Assembly (NCBI GenBank): GCA_013816255.1
Contig: JACDET010000001.1
Span: forward strand, 67,968 to 131,967
Direction: 5' to 3'
Length of the DNA: 64,000 nucleotides
Source: Candidatus Levyibacteriota bacterium
GTDB lineage: Bacteria; Patescibacteriota; Microgenomatia; Levybacterales; UBA12049
Part shown: piece by piece, positions 21,270-30,167 of the stretch
Position numbering within the stretch: the stretch's first letter is position 1
Layout: the number at the start of each line of letters is the position of its first letter
The notes under the pieces: generated by a model
The model's database searches: none
What the model saw: only the letters and a program-made list of their open reading frames with translations
What the model was told of the DNA's origin: nothing
Program-made: the position numbers and the translations under genes

Positions 21270-21632
21270 TTAGCTCTTCGTATGATGTTTAACCATAGCG
21301 AGTAAGTCGTCAATATTAAAAGGTTTGAGGAGGAACCCATCTGCGCCTGATTCTTTGGTGATTTTTTCAGTTTCATTGTTTGCAGACATCATGACAAGAG
21401 GAATGTGTTTGGTGTGAGGTTTACCTTTTATATTTTTTGCAATTTCGCCACCATCTTCACCAAATAACCATATATCCAGAAGGATCATATCGGGGAGATG
21501 CATATCCACCGCTTTGTACACGCGTTCGCCTTGATCTGCTGTGATAACTTCGTAGCCCTCATTTTCGAGAATGATTCGTACAACTTCAATAATTGCTTTA
21601 TCGTCTTCAGCTACAAGTACTTTTTTTTTCAT
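21270..21632 (-). CDS. Response regulator, receiver domain only
   Basis: MKKKVLVAEDD...LLDIWLFGEDG...KPF. Its start is adjacent to the sortase stop. Confidence 0.8.
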   Translation of the reverse strand: MKKKVLVAEDDKAIIEVVRIILENEGYEVITADQGERVYKAVDMHLPDMILLDIWLFGEDGGEIAKNIKGKPHTKHIPLVMMSANNETEKITKESGADGFLLKPFNIDDLLAMVKHHTKS

Positions 21633-21633
21633 T

Positions 21634-22242
21634 TTATATTGTGTCGAGCTCTGAATATACCACCATCCGATCAGAGTAATTCTTTGCTTTTTCATCCCAT
21701 TTTCCCTGGCAGGTTATAAGATTGAGCATGGAGTTGGATGATTCACCAAATACTTCCTGAATTGGAAATGAGTCATATGGGTATTGTTCTACTCTTGTGA
21801 CAGAAAAAGTTAGTTTTTTACCTTTATCGTCAGTTGTTTCAATTTTGTCACCTTTTTTTAACTTTTTAATATCCCAAAAGACCGCTGGAGAACCATCTTC
21901 TTTATCAAAATGTCCCGCAAGTACAGCGTTTCCAGGCTGTCCTGGCCGATATCCAGGATTGAACCAAGATGTATTATCTGCATCTTCCGGCACATCCATT
22001 CTCCCTTTTTCGTCCATTGCTACAGACTCTATTTCTGTCTCAATACCAATACTTGGGATACTGACTGTAGTTGGAATTCCAGGCATAACAACTTCTTTTT
22101 CCTCCTCTTGGGTAATTTCTTGTTCAGACTGGGTAGAAAGAACTTGTTTGTCATTGTCATTTTTGACAAAAGTTGAGGCAGTTGTTCCGATTCCTATCCC
22201 AGCTACAATAATTATTATTATAGTGATAAGTGTTTTAAGCAT
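21634..22242 (-). CDS. Sortase (SrtA-like transpeptidase)
   Basis: N-terminal TM anchor, active-site His (LAGH) and the TLITC catalytic Cys motif. Confidence 0.7.
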   Translation of the reverse strand: MLKTLITIIIIIVAGIGIGTTASTFVKNDNDKQVLSTQSEQEITQEEEKEVVMPGIPTTVSIPSIGIETEIESVAMDEKGRMDVPEDADNTSWFNPGYRPGQPGNAVLAGHFDKEDGSPAVFWDIKKLKKGDKIETTDDKGKKLTFSVTRVEQYPYDSFPIQEVFGESSNSMLNLITCQGKWDEKAKNYSDRMVVYSELDTI

Positions 22243-22338
22243 AATATTAATTTATTACTTTCGATGGAGCAAGATGTATCAACGATGGTCAACACATCTT
22301 GCTCCATAATTTATTAACAACATATACGTATGAGCGTA

Positions 22339-22518
22339 TTAGTTAGCTGCGTGTCCTGTTGCTGGTGCTTCACTTGGAGTGGTTGCACTAGTTGTTGGTG
22401 TTACAGTTGTTGTTGTGTTGTTTGTTGCTGGTGTTGCTGTTTGCGCGAATGTCATTGTTGCCGCTGCCATTGCTGAAACTGCAAATACACCTGTTGCGAT
22501 TGCTGCTTTTTTGAACAT
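22339..22518 (-). CDS. Small secreted Thr/Ala-rich peptide (59 aa)
   Basis: Strong RBS (GGAGGTGAGTAT-ATG). Signal peptide MFKKAAIATGVFAVSAMAAATMTFA. Mature part TATPATNNTTTTVTPTTSATTPSEAPATGHAAN. Confidence 0.45.
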   Translation of the reverse strand: MFKKAAIATGVFAVSAMAAATMTFAQTATPATNNTTTTVTPTTSATTPSEAPATGHAAN

Positions 22519-22903
22519 ATACTCACCTCCTTTCACACTATTGTATTTTACTCTTTTTAATTAAAGTTTTTGAGTAAGAACTTCCAGCTCCTCATTATTG
22601 ATGAGAAACGGTAAAGTTATCCTAACATACTTATTATTTTGTCGTCAACCGCATAGCTATTTTTCTTACATCAGCCTCTACCTAAATCTTTACATTTTCA
22701 TACATTGCTTAAGAAAACTATCGTTCTAAGCGTAAATTCTATACTCTTGCTTATTCCTTACAGGATTTTGGTAGATCTCTTATTGTTAAGCATTATCCTA
22801 ACTGGTGTATAGAAACGAAAATCTAAAATATAAAACTAAAAATTAAAATATTTTAAGTTATCTTTTTTAAATTTTACGTTTTTATTGAAAGGAGGTGATA
22901 GAT

Positions 22904-23089
22904 ATGGCAATTACAACAAGAAAAGGTAAAGGACGCGGATTTGCTTCAATGAGCAAAGACAAGCAACGCGAGATTGCTAGTAAAGGTGGAAGAGCTGCAC
23001 ACAGTAAAGGTACAGCACACAAATGGACTAGTGAAGAAGCTCGTAAAGCAGGACAACTTGGTGGTCGAGCTCGTCAAAAACGAACTTAA
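22904..23089 (+). CDS. KGG-repeat general stress protein (YciG/Con-6-like)
   Basis: KGKGRGFASMSKDKQREIASKGGRAAH...QLGGRARQ. Strong RBS. Confidence 0.7.
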   Translation: MAITTRKGKGRGFASMSKDKQREIASKGGRAAHSKGTAHKWTSEEARKAGQLGGRARQKRT

Positions 23090-23194
23090 TGACATCCGGT
23101 ATCTCATCCGGCATTACATGAGAAAGAAAGGAGGCCTGCCTCCCGTAGCCTGTCCCTCAATCAGGAAAATAATAAACTTACTTGAGGTGCGAAA

Positions 23195-23233
23195 CCCTCC
23201 TTCGCAAAAAGCTTCGGAGGGCGAAGGGAGGTG
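23195..23233 (+). promoter_or_regulatory. Candidate riboregulator: alternative hairpins that can occlude the Shine-Dalgarno sequence of the yeaQ-like gene
   Basis: CCCTCCTTCGC (23195-23205) can pair with either GGAGGG (23216-23221) or GCGAAGGGAGG (23221-23231). The second pairing occludes the SD GGGAGGTG; the ATG is at 23244. Confidence 0.35.
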
Positions 23234-23243
23234 AAACAATTTT

Positions 23244-23495
23244 ATGAATATATTATCATGGTTAATTTTTGGAGTAATAGTTGGAATAGTCGCGAACGCG
23301 ATTGATCCAGCTCCCAATAGAGGAGGCATCTTCGGATCTATTCTTTTGGGAATTGTTGGAGCTTTAGTAGGAGGATTCCTAGCAAATCTTATTTTTGGAA
23401 TCAGCGTCACAGGATTTAACGTAACGTCATTCTTAGTAGCGATCGCAGGATCCTTATTGTTACTCTTTGTTGGCAAAGCTATGCGAAGAGCCTAA
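23244..23495 (+). CDS. GlsB/YeaQ/YmgE family stress-response membrane protein
   Basis: ILSWLIFGVIVGIVANAI...GGIFGSILLGIVGALVGGFL is the classic family signature. Confidence 0.85.
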   Translation: MNILSWLIFGVIVGIVANAIDPAPNRGGIFGSILLGIVGALVGGFLANLIFGISVTGFNVTSFLVAIAGSLLLLFVGKAMRRA

Positions 23496-23641
23496 AAAAG
23501 AAATTTACATATCTTACTATAGTAAGATATTGGGCGAGAGCAATCCGTAATATTAGATACAACTAATTTTGGATTGCTCCGCTCTACACAAACTTAAAAC
23601 TAAATTTTCATTTTATATTTTTACTGAGAGGAGGTGAAATT

Positions 23642-23947
23642 ATGCAACACATACTACATACAAATAAAGACACGCAAAAAACAGTTAGTCCAGTAGCTGC
23701 TGGCCTAACAGGAATAGTACTAGGAGCAGCGGCGGCCGCAGCTGTAGTACTTTCAGATGAAGAAACCCGTCGCAAAGCTACAAAAAAAACTTTGCAGCTA
23801 AAAGATGATCTACAAAAATGGAGCACAAAAACAATTCATGATATTCAGACACGGGGAGAATCAAGTAAAACGGTAAAAGAAAAATTAGAAGATTCTAATA
23901 TTTCAACAACTATAAAAGAACGGCTTGATGAAACAGATATGAAGTAA
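23642..23947 (+). CDS. YtxH-like / DUF948-like stress protein with an N-terminal TM segment
   Basis: TM helix followed by a charged coiled-coil tail. Strong RBS. Confidence 0.45.
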   Translation: MQHILHTNKDTQKTVSPVAAGLTGIVLGAAAAAAVVLSDEETRRKATKKTLQLKDDLQKWSTKTIHDIQTRGESSKTVKEKLEDSNISTTIKERLDETDMK

Positions 23948-24048
23948 AGTTCTAAATGTCTTGGGGAATTGGAATTCTTCCGTAATTAAATTTACAAAAA
24001 AGAATTATCAATTCCCCTTTTCAGTTGGAAAACACACTTAAGAAATTA

Positions 24049-24738
24049 CTAAAGTGAATAGCGGATTTGAGAATCGTTTTGGGGAACAAGTGATATATTT
24101 TTTTCGAAACGTTTAATATTTTTAATAATAAGTAATCTTCCTGAGCGACCTAAATATCCCTCTTTTTCAAGTTTTTTCATTTCAAGAGACGTAGTTTCAC
24201 GGGTAATCCCGACCAAAGTAGCAATATCTCTATGTGTTAAAGGAACATCAATGACGATATCGTTATCTCCGCTTAGTCTCCCAAAACGTTTTGCGCAGAC
24301 TAAAAGTGTTGTAGCAACTTTTATATATGCGTTACTTAATACAAGATATTCCATGCGGCTGAAAACTCCATCAAAACGCACCATAATTCTCGTAGTCAAA
24401 TCATAGAGTACATCTGGTGCTGCGGTCACAAACTTTATAAAGTCTTCTTGTGGAGCCTGCCATAATTCAAGTGGTGTTATTGCTTCTAGATAATATGGAT
24501 TGACTGATTTATTAAAACCGTACGTAAGTGGGAAAAAATCTCCTGGCTTGAGGATTGTCAACGTGAGCTCTTCTCCATCTTCAGTGAGGCGGAAAACTCT
24601 CACATATCCGTTCTTCACATAAAAAACACTTGATGGGGTATCATTGGGGTGGAGAATCATTACCCTCTTTTTATAAAAATGAATTGGCGTATGTTTAAAG
24701 AATGCATCAAGTTGTGAGGATAAGGTTTGATTTATCAT
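24049..24738 (-). CDS. Crp/Fnr family transcriptional regulator
   Basis: cNMP-binding beta-roll plus a C-terminal HTH (RDIATLVGITRETTSLEMKKL). Confidence 0.8.
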   Translation of the reverse strand: MINQTLSSQLDAFFKHTPIHFYKKRVMILHPNDTPSSVFYVKNGYVRVFRLTEDGEELTLTILKPGDFFPLTYGFNKSVNPYYLEAITPLELWQAPQEDFIKFVTAAPDVLYDLTTRIMVRFDGVFSRMEYLVLSNAYIKVATTLLVCAKRFGRLSGDNDIVIDVPLTHRDIATLVGITRETTSLEMKKLEKEGYLGRSGRLLIIKNIKRFEKNISLVPQNDSQIRYSL

Positions 24739-24876
24739 AAAAGTGTTAACTAGATTACAAAATATATAGTACAGCCAAGGATTGATAATAAAATGTGGAT
24801 TATGTAAGAGTTGAATAAGAAAGTCTTATAAAGACTATATAACTTAGTGTAAATTTGGTAAGATTACCATTGTTGA

Positions 24877-26049
24877 ATGAAAAATGACATTTTAGATCAA
24901 ATTAATGAATATGCCCAAGATCTCCATAATGCTAATACTACAAAGAAACTTGAATCAACCATTGTCGATGTAGCGAAAAAATTAAGTGGAGCATTGTATG
25001 GACAATTGTATATTTATAGCAAAGATAGGCTGAAAAAAGTATATAGCTCTGATGTTGCAATTAAAAAGTGTACACTTGTTAAAAGTCCAACATTTAAGAA
25101 ATATCTTTTAAAAAATACTATTTCATATATTTCTCCAAAGCTCCTAAAAGATTGGATTCCTGAACACATACCAACAGATATCCAATCGGCAAATATTATT
25201 CCGCTCTTCACCAAAGATCAATCGGTTGAATTTATTTTACTGTATACGGATCGTTCAGAAGAATTATCTACGGAAGCACAAAAAGCCCTTGCAATTTATA
25301 GTCATATAGCAATTATGGCAATCACAAGAGCACGACTTCAAGACGAATCAAAAAGAGCATTAGAAATAAGAGATCGTTTCATTTCTCTCGCATCGCATGA
25401 ACTACGTACTCCCCTTACTTCGTTACATGGGTATATACAACTTCTTCACGCAAAGATGGCGGATAAAGATACTGTGGAGTCAAGATGGGTTAAAGAATTA
25501 CATGTTGAAAGTATTCGACTTACAACCCTTGTAAAAGAACTCCTCGATGTTAATCGTATTAAGCAAGGTCAATTTGCCTTTGTTTTTAGTGAAGTACCTA
25601 TGCATGAGGTGATTACAAAAGCAATTGATTATCATTACTTGACAAGGGCAGATCATCCTGTAGTTTATCAAAACAAAATGGAAAAAGGTACAAAAATTGT
25701 CGGAGACTTTGATAAACTTGTCGAAATGGTATCAGGACTCTTAGGAAATGCAATTAAATTTTCGAAACCTGAGGATAAAATTACGATTAGCATAAAAACC
25801 AACCAAGGCTCATTATCATTGATTGTCAAAGATACTGGCCGTGGTATTAGTAAAAAAGATTTGACTGCAGTTTTTGATGGATTCTATAAAAGCGCACATT
25901 CAAGTCATTTAGAAGGTATGGGCGTAGGATTACTTTTGGCAAAGCACATTGTTGATAATCACCGCGGCAAGATAAAGATTACGTCAAAAGAAAACAAAGG
26001 AACCAAAGTCGAAGTTATACTCCCAACAATCAAAGCAGAACCGCTCTAG
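24877..26049 (+). CDS. Sensor histidine kinase (cytoplasmic, GAF-like N-terminus)
   Basis: H-box ASHELRTPLTSLHGY. N-box GNAIKFS. G-boxes DTGRGI and GVGLLLAK. Confidence 0.85.
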   Translation: MKNDILDQINEYAQDLHNANTTKKLESTIVDVAKKLSGALYGQLYIYSKDRLKKVYSSDVAIKKCTLVKSPTFKKYLLKNTISYISPKLLKDWIPEHIPTDIQSANIIPLFTKDQSVEFILLYTDRSEELSTEAQKALAIYSHIAIMAITRARLQDESKRALEIRDRFISLASHELRTPLTSLHGYIQLLHAKMADKDTVESRWVKELHVESIRLTTLVKELLDVNRIKQGQFAFVFSEVPMHEVITKAIDYHYLTRADHPVVYQNKMEKGTKIVGDFDKLVEMVSGLLGNAIKFSKPEDKITISIKTNQGSLSLIVKDTGRGISKKDLTAVFDGFYKSAHSSHLEGMGVGLLLAKHIVDNHRGKIKITSKENKGTKVEVILPTIKAEPL

Positions 26050-26159
26050 ATCTCATTGTTCTCAAGTACACATGTTTTGGGAAATAATTTTTTTAGGTCT
26101 CCATACCATTGCCAGAGAATTCATTAAAACTTCGGGGATAAATTTCGTAGAGAACGAGA

Positions 26160-26831
26160 TTATTCTTTGATAACATACCCAAAGCCGCGAACTGAATGCA
26201 GCAGCTTCTTATCGGTATCAGCGTCAACTTTTTTGCGGAGATATCCCATGTATACGTCAACGACACGGGTTTCAACATCACTTGAGTAAAGCCAGATCCT
26301 CGATAGGATCATTTCACGTGTTAAGATACGACCTTTATTGCTCATTAAGTATTGCAGCAACTTAAACTCTTGTGGAGTTAATTGAATCTGGCGATCTTGG
26401 CGACGTACTTCCATCGTTTTGCTATCAAGTTCAAGATCAGCAACTTTGAGAATTGCTTCACTGCTTACTTGCTTTCTGAGGCGTGCTTTAATCCGGGCGA
26501 GAAATTCATCGGCGACGAATGGCTTGGTCATATAATCATCTGCTCCAAGATTTAATCCTTCAACGATATCATTAATTGAATCTTTGGCGGTGAGAATAAT
26601 GATTGGAAGATCTTTATACTTTTTACGTATTTCGCGGGTGACTGCTTCACCAGACATAACGGGTAAACCAAGATCCATTACAACCAAATCAGGCTCAGTT
26701 TTCTTGAAATAATCGAGAGCTGCGATGCCATCTGATACAGTATGGACTGAGTATCCGTTATCTAATAAGAGCTCTTTGAGGTATTTTTGGAGTCCGCGAT
26801 CATCTTCAACAACAAGTATTGTCTGCATCAT
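26160..26831 (-). CDS. OmpR/PhoB-family response regulator (receiver plus winged-helix)
   Basis: ILVVEDD...VVMDLGLP...KPF receiver, then LTPQEFKLLQYL...RVVDVYMGYLRKK winged helix. The preferred start is MMQT at 26831. Confidence 0.9.
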   Translation of the reverse strand: MMQTILVVEDDRGLQKYLKELLLDNGYSVHTVSDGIAALDYFKKTEPDLVVMDLGLPVMSGEAVTREIRKKYKDLPIIILTAKDSINDIVEGLNLGADDYMTKPFVADEFLARIKARLRKQVSSEAILKVADLELDSKTMEVRRQDRQIQLTPQEFKLLQYLMSNKGRILTREMILSRIWLYSSDVETRVVDVYMGYLRKKVDADTDKKLLHSVRGFGYVIKE

Positions 26832-27270
26832 ATTATGTGCCATTATAGCAACTAATGTAAGAAGGCACAACCTATGAAAAATGTATAGTTAGTCATGAAA
26901 TTAATACAGGTGAGTTGATAATTTTCCCAAAGTTTCCTGTAAGCTTTATCATTATTAAAATTTGTAGACTGGCGTCTAATTGAGAAAACGGTTGTTACTA
27001 GTTAGGCCCTGCCTCTATGCTCTACTATAAGACTACATTTATGATTAACTAAATTTAACGATGAGCTTGACCTTGTTACATAATAATGGTATATTTCTTA
27101 CAGTTCGTTTACATAATTATTAACTCATCTATACTCATACTCTGCATATTCTTCATATTTATTACATTTCTCACAACAAATTACACATTTCTTACCTATT
27201 TCTGATGCAATTTTTATATGGGTCTTGACTTGTTTATCAAAAGTCGCATATACTGCCTCTCAGAGTCACT

Positions 27271-28614
27271 ATGAACAACTGCCCTTCCAACAATCAGGAT
27301 TTACAAAAACTAAGTACTACCATTTTGGAAAAAGCCAAAACTATTATTAAGCCCTCAAAAGATAATCTCTGGTCACTTCTTAATTGCACGCTCATTCTTA
27401 TTTGTCTCTTCCTCGCAGTCATTTCAAATAATCAAAATGTTACGAGCATCTCTCAAATCATCTCTCCTCTCGCAAGTGCGACCTCTCCATCACTTGCTCC
27501 ATTACAAGAGGATAAAAAAGGATACCAAGTCTATGGATACGCACCGTATTGGACATTTAATAAACTCGATGATGTCGACTTTAATGTCCTCACAACGTTT
27601 GCATATTTTGGTGTTCCGATCCAAACAGACGGAAGTCTCAACAGGAGCGATAAAGGTTATGAAGTCTTTATGAGTGATAAAGCAACAGAAGTATTTCAAA
27701 AAGCTCACGCAGCTGGGACAAAAGTGAACTTAACTGTTTCTTTGATGGAAAATGATAAGATTCTCACCTTTTTGGACAGTTCTCAAGCGCAAGAAACAGC
27801 TGTGAATGAGATTGTAACTGAAGTCAAAGCCCGTGGTATTGATGGTGTCAGTATTGATATTGAATATGCCGGCAAACCCCATCCAGCATACCGTGCAAAG
27901 TTTACTAATTTTGTGACACAGGTCACAAACCGTATGCACACAGACGTTCCAAACTCCCAAGTGACCGTCGCCGTCTATGCCCTCTCAGCTAAACAACCAC
28001 AACTTTATGACATCGGAGCGTTAGCACAAAATGCTGATTCTATCTTTATGATGGCGTATGATTTTTCAGTCAAAGGTTCGAAGAAGTCTGAACCAACAGC
28101 ACCACTGTATGGTCATAAAGAAGGTAAGTATTACTATGATATAGCAACAGCTGTTGAAGACTTTCTCAAAGTGATGCCATCTGAAAAACTCATTCTTGGA
28201 GTACCATACTATGGCTACAACTATGTCGTATATGAACCACAAGTTAAAAGCGATACCCGACCTGCTGGATCATGGAGAGGCCAGCCAGCCGTCCAAACAT
28301 ATTCACTTGCTCAGGCAAATGTCAATCCAAATATGTCAGGTATCAATGCGTACAAAGAAGGCTGGGACGAGAATGCACAGGTTGGCTGGAAGGCGTACCG
28401 TCTTTCAGAAAGTGATACTTGGAGAATGATCTTTGTTGAAGACGCAAAATCACTCGGCGTAAAGTATGATTTCGCAAAGGCACAAAATCTAGGCGGCATA
28501 GGCATATGGGCGCTCGGATTTGATCACGGACACACTGAACTCTGGACATTACTCCATAACAAATTTGGTGTCAAAAATATCGCTGACAACCGAGGACTCT
28601 TATATAAGGAATAA
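27271..28614 (+). CDS. Glycoside hydrolase family 18 (chitinase-like), membrane-anchored
   Basis: Catalytic DGVSIDIEY (the DxxDxDxE motif). Confidence 0.75.
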   Translation: MNNCPSNNQDLQKLSTTILEKAKTIIKPSKDNLWSLLNCTLILICLFLAVISNNQNVTSISQIISPLASATSPSLAPLQEDKKGYQVYGYAPYWTFNKLDDVDFNVLTTFAYFGVPIQTDGSLNRSDKGYEVFMSDKATEVFQKAHAAGTKVNLTVSLMENDKILTFLDSSQAQETAVNEIVTEVKARGIDGVSIDIEYAGKPHPAYRAKFTNFVTQVTNRMHTDVPNSQVTVAVYALSAKQPQLYDIGALAQNADSIFMMAYDFSVKGSKKSEPTAPLYGHKEGKYYYDIATAVEDFLKVMPSEKLILGVPYYGYNYVVYEPQVKSDTRPAGSWRGQPAVQTYSLAQANVNPNMSGINAYKEGWDENAQVGWKAYRLSESDTWRMIFVEDAKSLGVKYDFAKAQNLGGIGIWALGFDHGHTELWTLLHNKFGVKNIADNRGLLYKE

Positions 28615-28616
28615 TT

Positions 28617-29732
28617 ATGAATAACTATAACAATAATCTAAATAACGATATGTTTGAAAACTTGCCAATCACAAGAAAGCAGTTGCGAATCTTTCTCTGC
28701 ACATTTCTCGCTATGTTCATAATGATGAGTCTGCAACATTTGGGTGTGACCGCTCCTGCAAACCCAATAAAACTCATTATGCCAATTCCTGAAAATTCTG
28801 AGCCGCAACAACCAGATATTCTCAAATCAGTGCGACCAATGCTTGAGGAAAAAATAAATACGTTCACATTAAAAAAACCAACTGCCCAAATCATTGCACC
28901 AGCACATGCATCATCTATTATAGATAGTGCAGCTGGTTATGCAGTAGTCGATCTTGATACAGGTGAAATCATTGCAGCAAAAGATGGTAGTCGCCCACTC
29001 CCAATTGCCTCTATTACCAAAGTCATGACAGCAGTGGTTGCGCTTGACTTAGCCAATGCCTCTGAACTCTTTACAGTCAGTCAGCATGCAGCCACTATTG
29101 AACCCACAAAGATTGGTGTTATTCCCGGTCAGCAAATGACGCTTGAAGAATTACTCAATGGAATGATGCTTGTTTCAGGCAATGATACTGCTGAGGTGAT
29201 CCGTGAAGGCATTGATGCTAAATATGGTGAAGGCGTGTTTATTGCAGCAATGAATGAGAAAGCAAAAATCATTGGTCTTACCAATTCGAGCTTTGCAAAT
29301 CCTCAAGGCTTTGATGATCCAAAGAATTATAGCTCTGTTGAAGACTTAGCAATTCTGACACATTATGCACTTGCGCATTATCCTGTCCTTGCTGAGATCG
29401 TCAAAAAAGATTATCACTTTGTCCCAGCCAATGACCATCATAAACAATTTGATATGTTCAATTGGAACGGGCTACTTGGTGTCTATCCACAAGCGCAAGG
29501 AATGAAGATCGGCAATACGGGTGACGCAAAGAAAACGACAATTGTTACATCTACCCGCGGTGGAAAAAGAATGGCAGCAATTGTATTGGGCGCTCCCCGT
29601 ATCATAGAACGTGATCTGTGGGCCGCACAACTCTTGGATCTTGGTTATGAAAGAACTCTGGGTCTGAAGCCAGTAAACGTCACAGAAGAACAATTACGAG
29701 CAAAATATAATACTTGGAAATATTGGAATTAA
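28617..29732 (+). CDS. D-alanyl-D-alanine carboxypeptidase (S11, PBP5-like)
   Basis: SITK (SxxK), SGND (SxN) and KIGNTG (KTG-like) motifs. Signal anchor. Confidence 0.85.
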   Translation: MNNYNNNLNNDMFENLPITRKQLRIFLCTFLAMFIMMSLQHLGVTAPANPIKLIMPIPENSEPQQPDILKSVRPMLEEKINTFTLKKPTAQIIAPAHASSIIDSAAGYAVVDLDTGEIIAAKDGSRPLPIASITKVMTAVVALDLANASELFTVSQHAATIEPTKIGVIPGQQMTLEELLNGMMLVSGNDTAEVIREGIDAKYGEGVFIAAMNEKAKIIGLTNSSFANPQGFDDPKNYSSVEDLAILTHYALAHYPVLAEIVKKDYHFVPANDHHKQFDMFNWNGLLGVYPQAQGMKIGNTGDAKKTTIVTSTRGGKRMAAIVLGAPRIIERDLWAAQLLDLGYERTLGLKPVNVTEEQLRAKYNTWKYWN

Positions 29733-29743
29733 GGCTTTATCAG

Positions 29744-29800
29744 TTTTCGGTTGTTCGTCGAACACAGGAATTATCTATTAACCAGACGAACAACCGAAAA
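29744..29800. terminator. Long perfect hairpin (16-bp stem, 25-nt loop) just after the carboxypeptidase stop
   Basis: TTTTCGGTTGTTCGTC (29744-59) pairs with GACGAACAACCGAAAA (29785-800). No clear U-tract. Confidence 0.4.
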
Positions 29801-29826
29801 TATCATCTTAATAAGAAAGGAGAAGT

Positions 29827-29913
29827 ATGCGAGAAATAATCGAAATTATAATCGGAGCATTAACAGGAAAAAAGCCAGCTGTTCAACCGGTATATGTCCC
29901 AAGTAATAGATAA
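29827..29913 (+). CDS. Small ORF (28 aa), hypothetical
   Basis: Strong RBS AAGAAAGGAGAAGT-ATG. Sequence MREIIEIIIGALTGKKPAVQPVYVPSNR. Not in the ORF track because it is under 60 aa. Confidence 0.3.
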   Translation: MREIIEIIIGALTGKKPAVQPVYVPSNR

Positions 29914-30009
29914 CTCATCTATTCTTACCTAGCTCTTACTCTATTCTAATCTAATTATTAACTGGGTATTGACAGAGGAAAAAAAATTAAAGTATAGTAT
30001 ATATAGATC

Positions 30010-30144
30010 ATGTTAAAAGAAATTTTAAATACATTTGAAATAACTCCGGCACAAGTAAGAATTTTCTTGTTTTCTTTCATTGCAGTTAGCGTCATGGTAA
30101 CACTCCAACATCTTGGAGTCAGCTCTCCAATACAGATCTTCTAA
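30010..30144 (+). pseudogene. Remnant of a D-Ala-D-Ala carboxypeptidase paralogue (N-terminal 44 aa only)
   Basis: MLKEILNTFEITPAQVRIFLFSFIAVSVMVTLQHLGVSSP aligns with ...MFENLPITRKQLRIFLCTFLAMFIMMSLQHLGVTAP from the gene at 28617. It ends 24 nt before the nucleotidyltransferase gene. Confidence 0.45.
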
Positions 30145-30167
30145 GATAAAGTACTTGCAAAATAACT

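Noticed and set aside
22339-22518. APATG in the Thr-rich peptide as a sortase motif
   Set aside because: No following hydrophobic segment or charged tail. The peptide ends 4 residues later.
22537-22894. 330-bp AT-rich non-coding stretch with a TTATCCTAAC 10-mer present twice
   Set aside because: No convincing secondary structure or promoter-terminator pair to support an sRNA. The repeat is short enough to occur by chance in AT-rich DNA. Left as the promoter region of the stress cluster.
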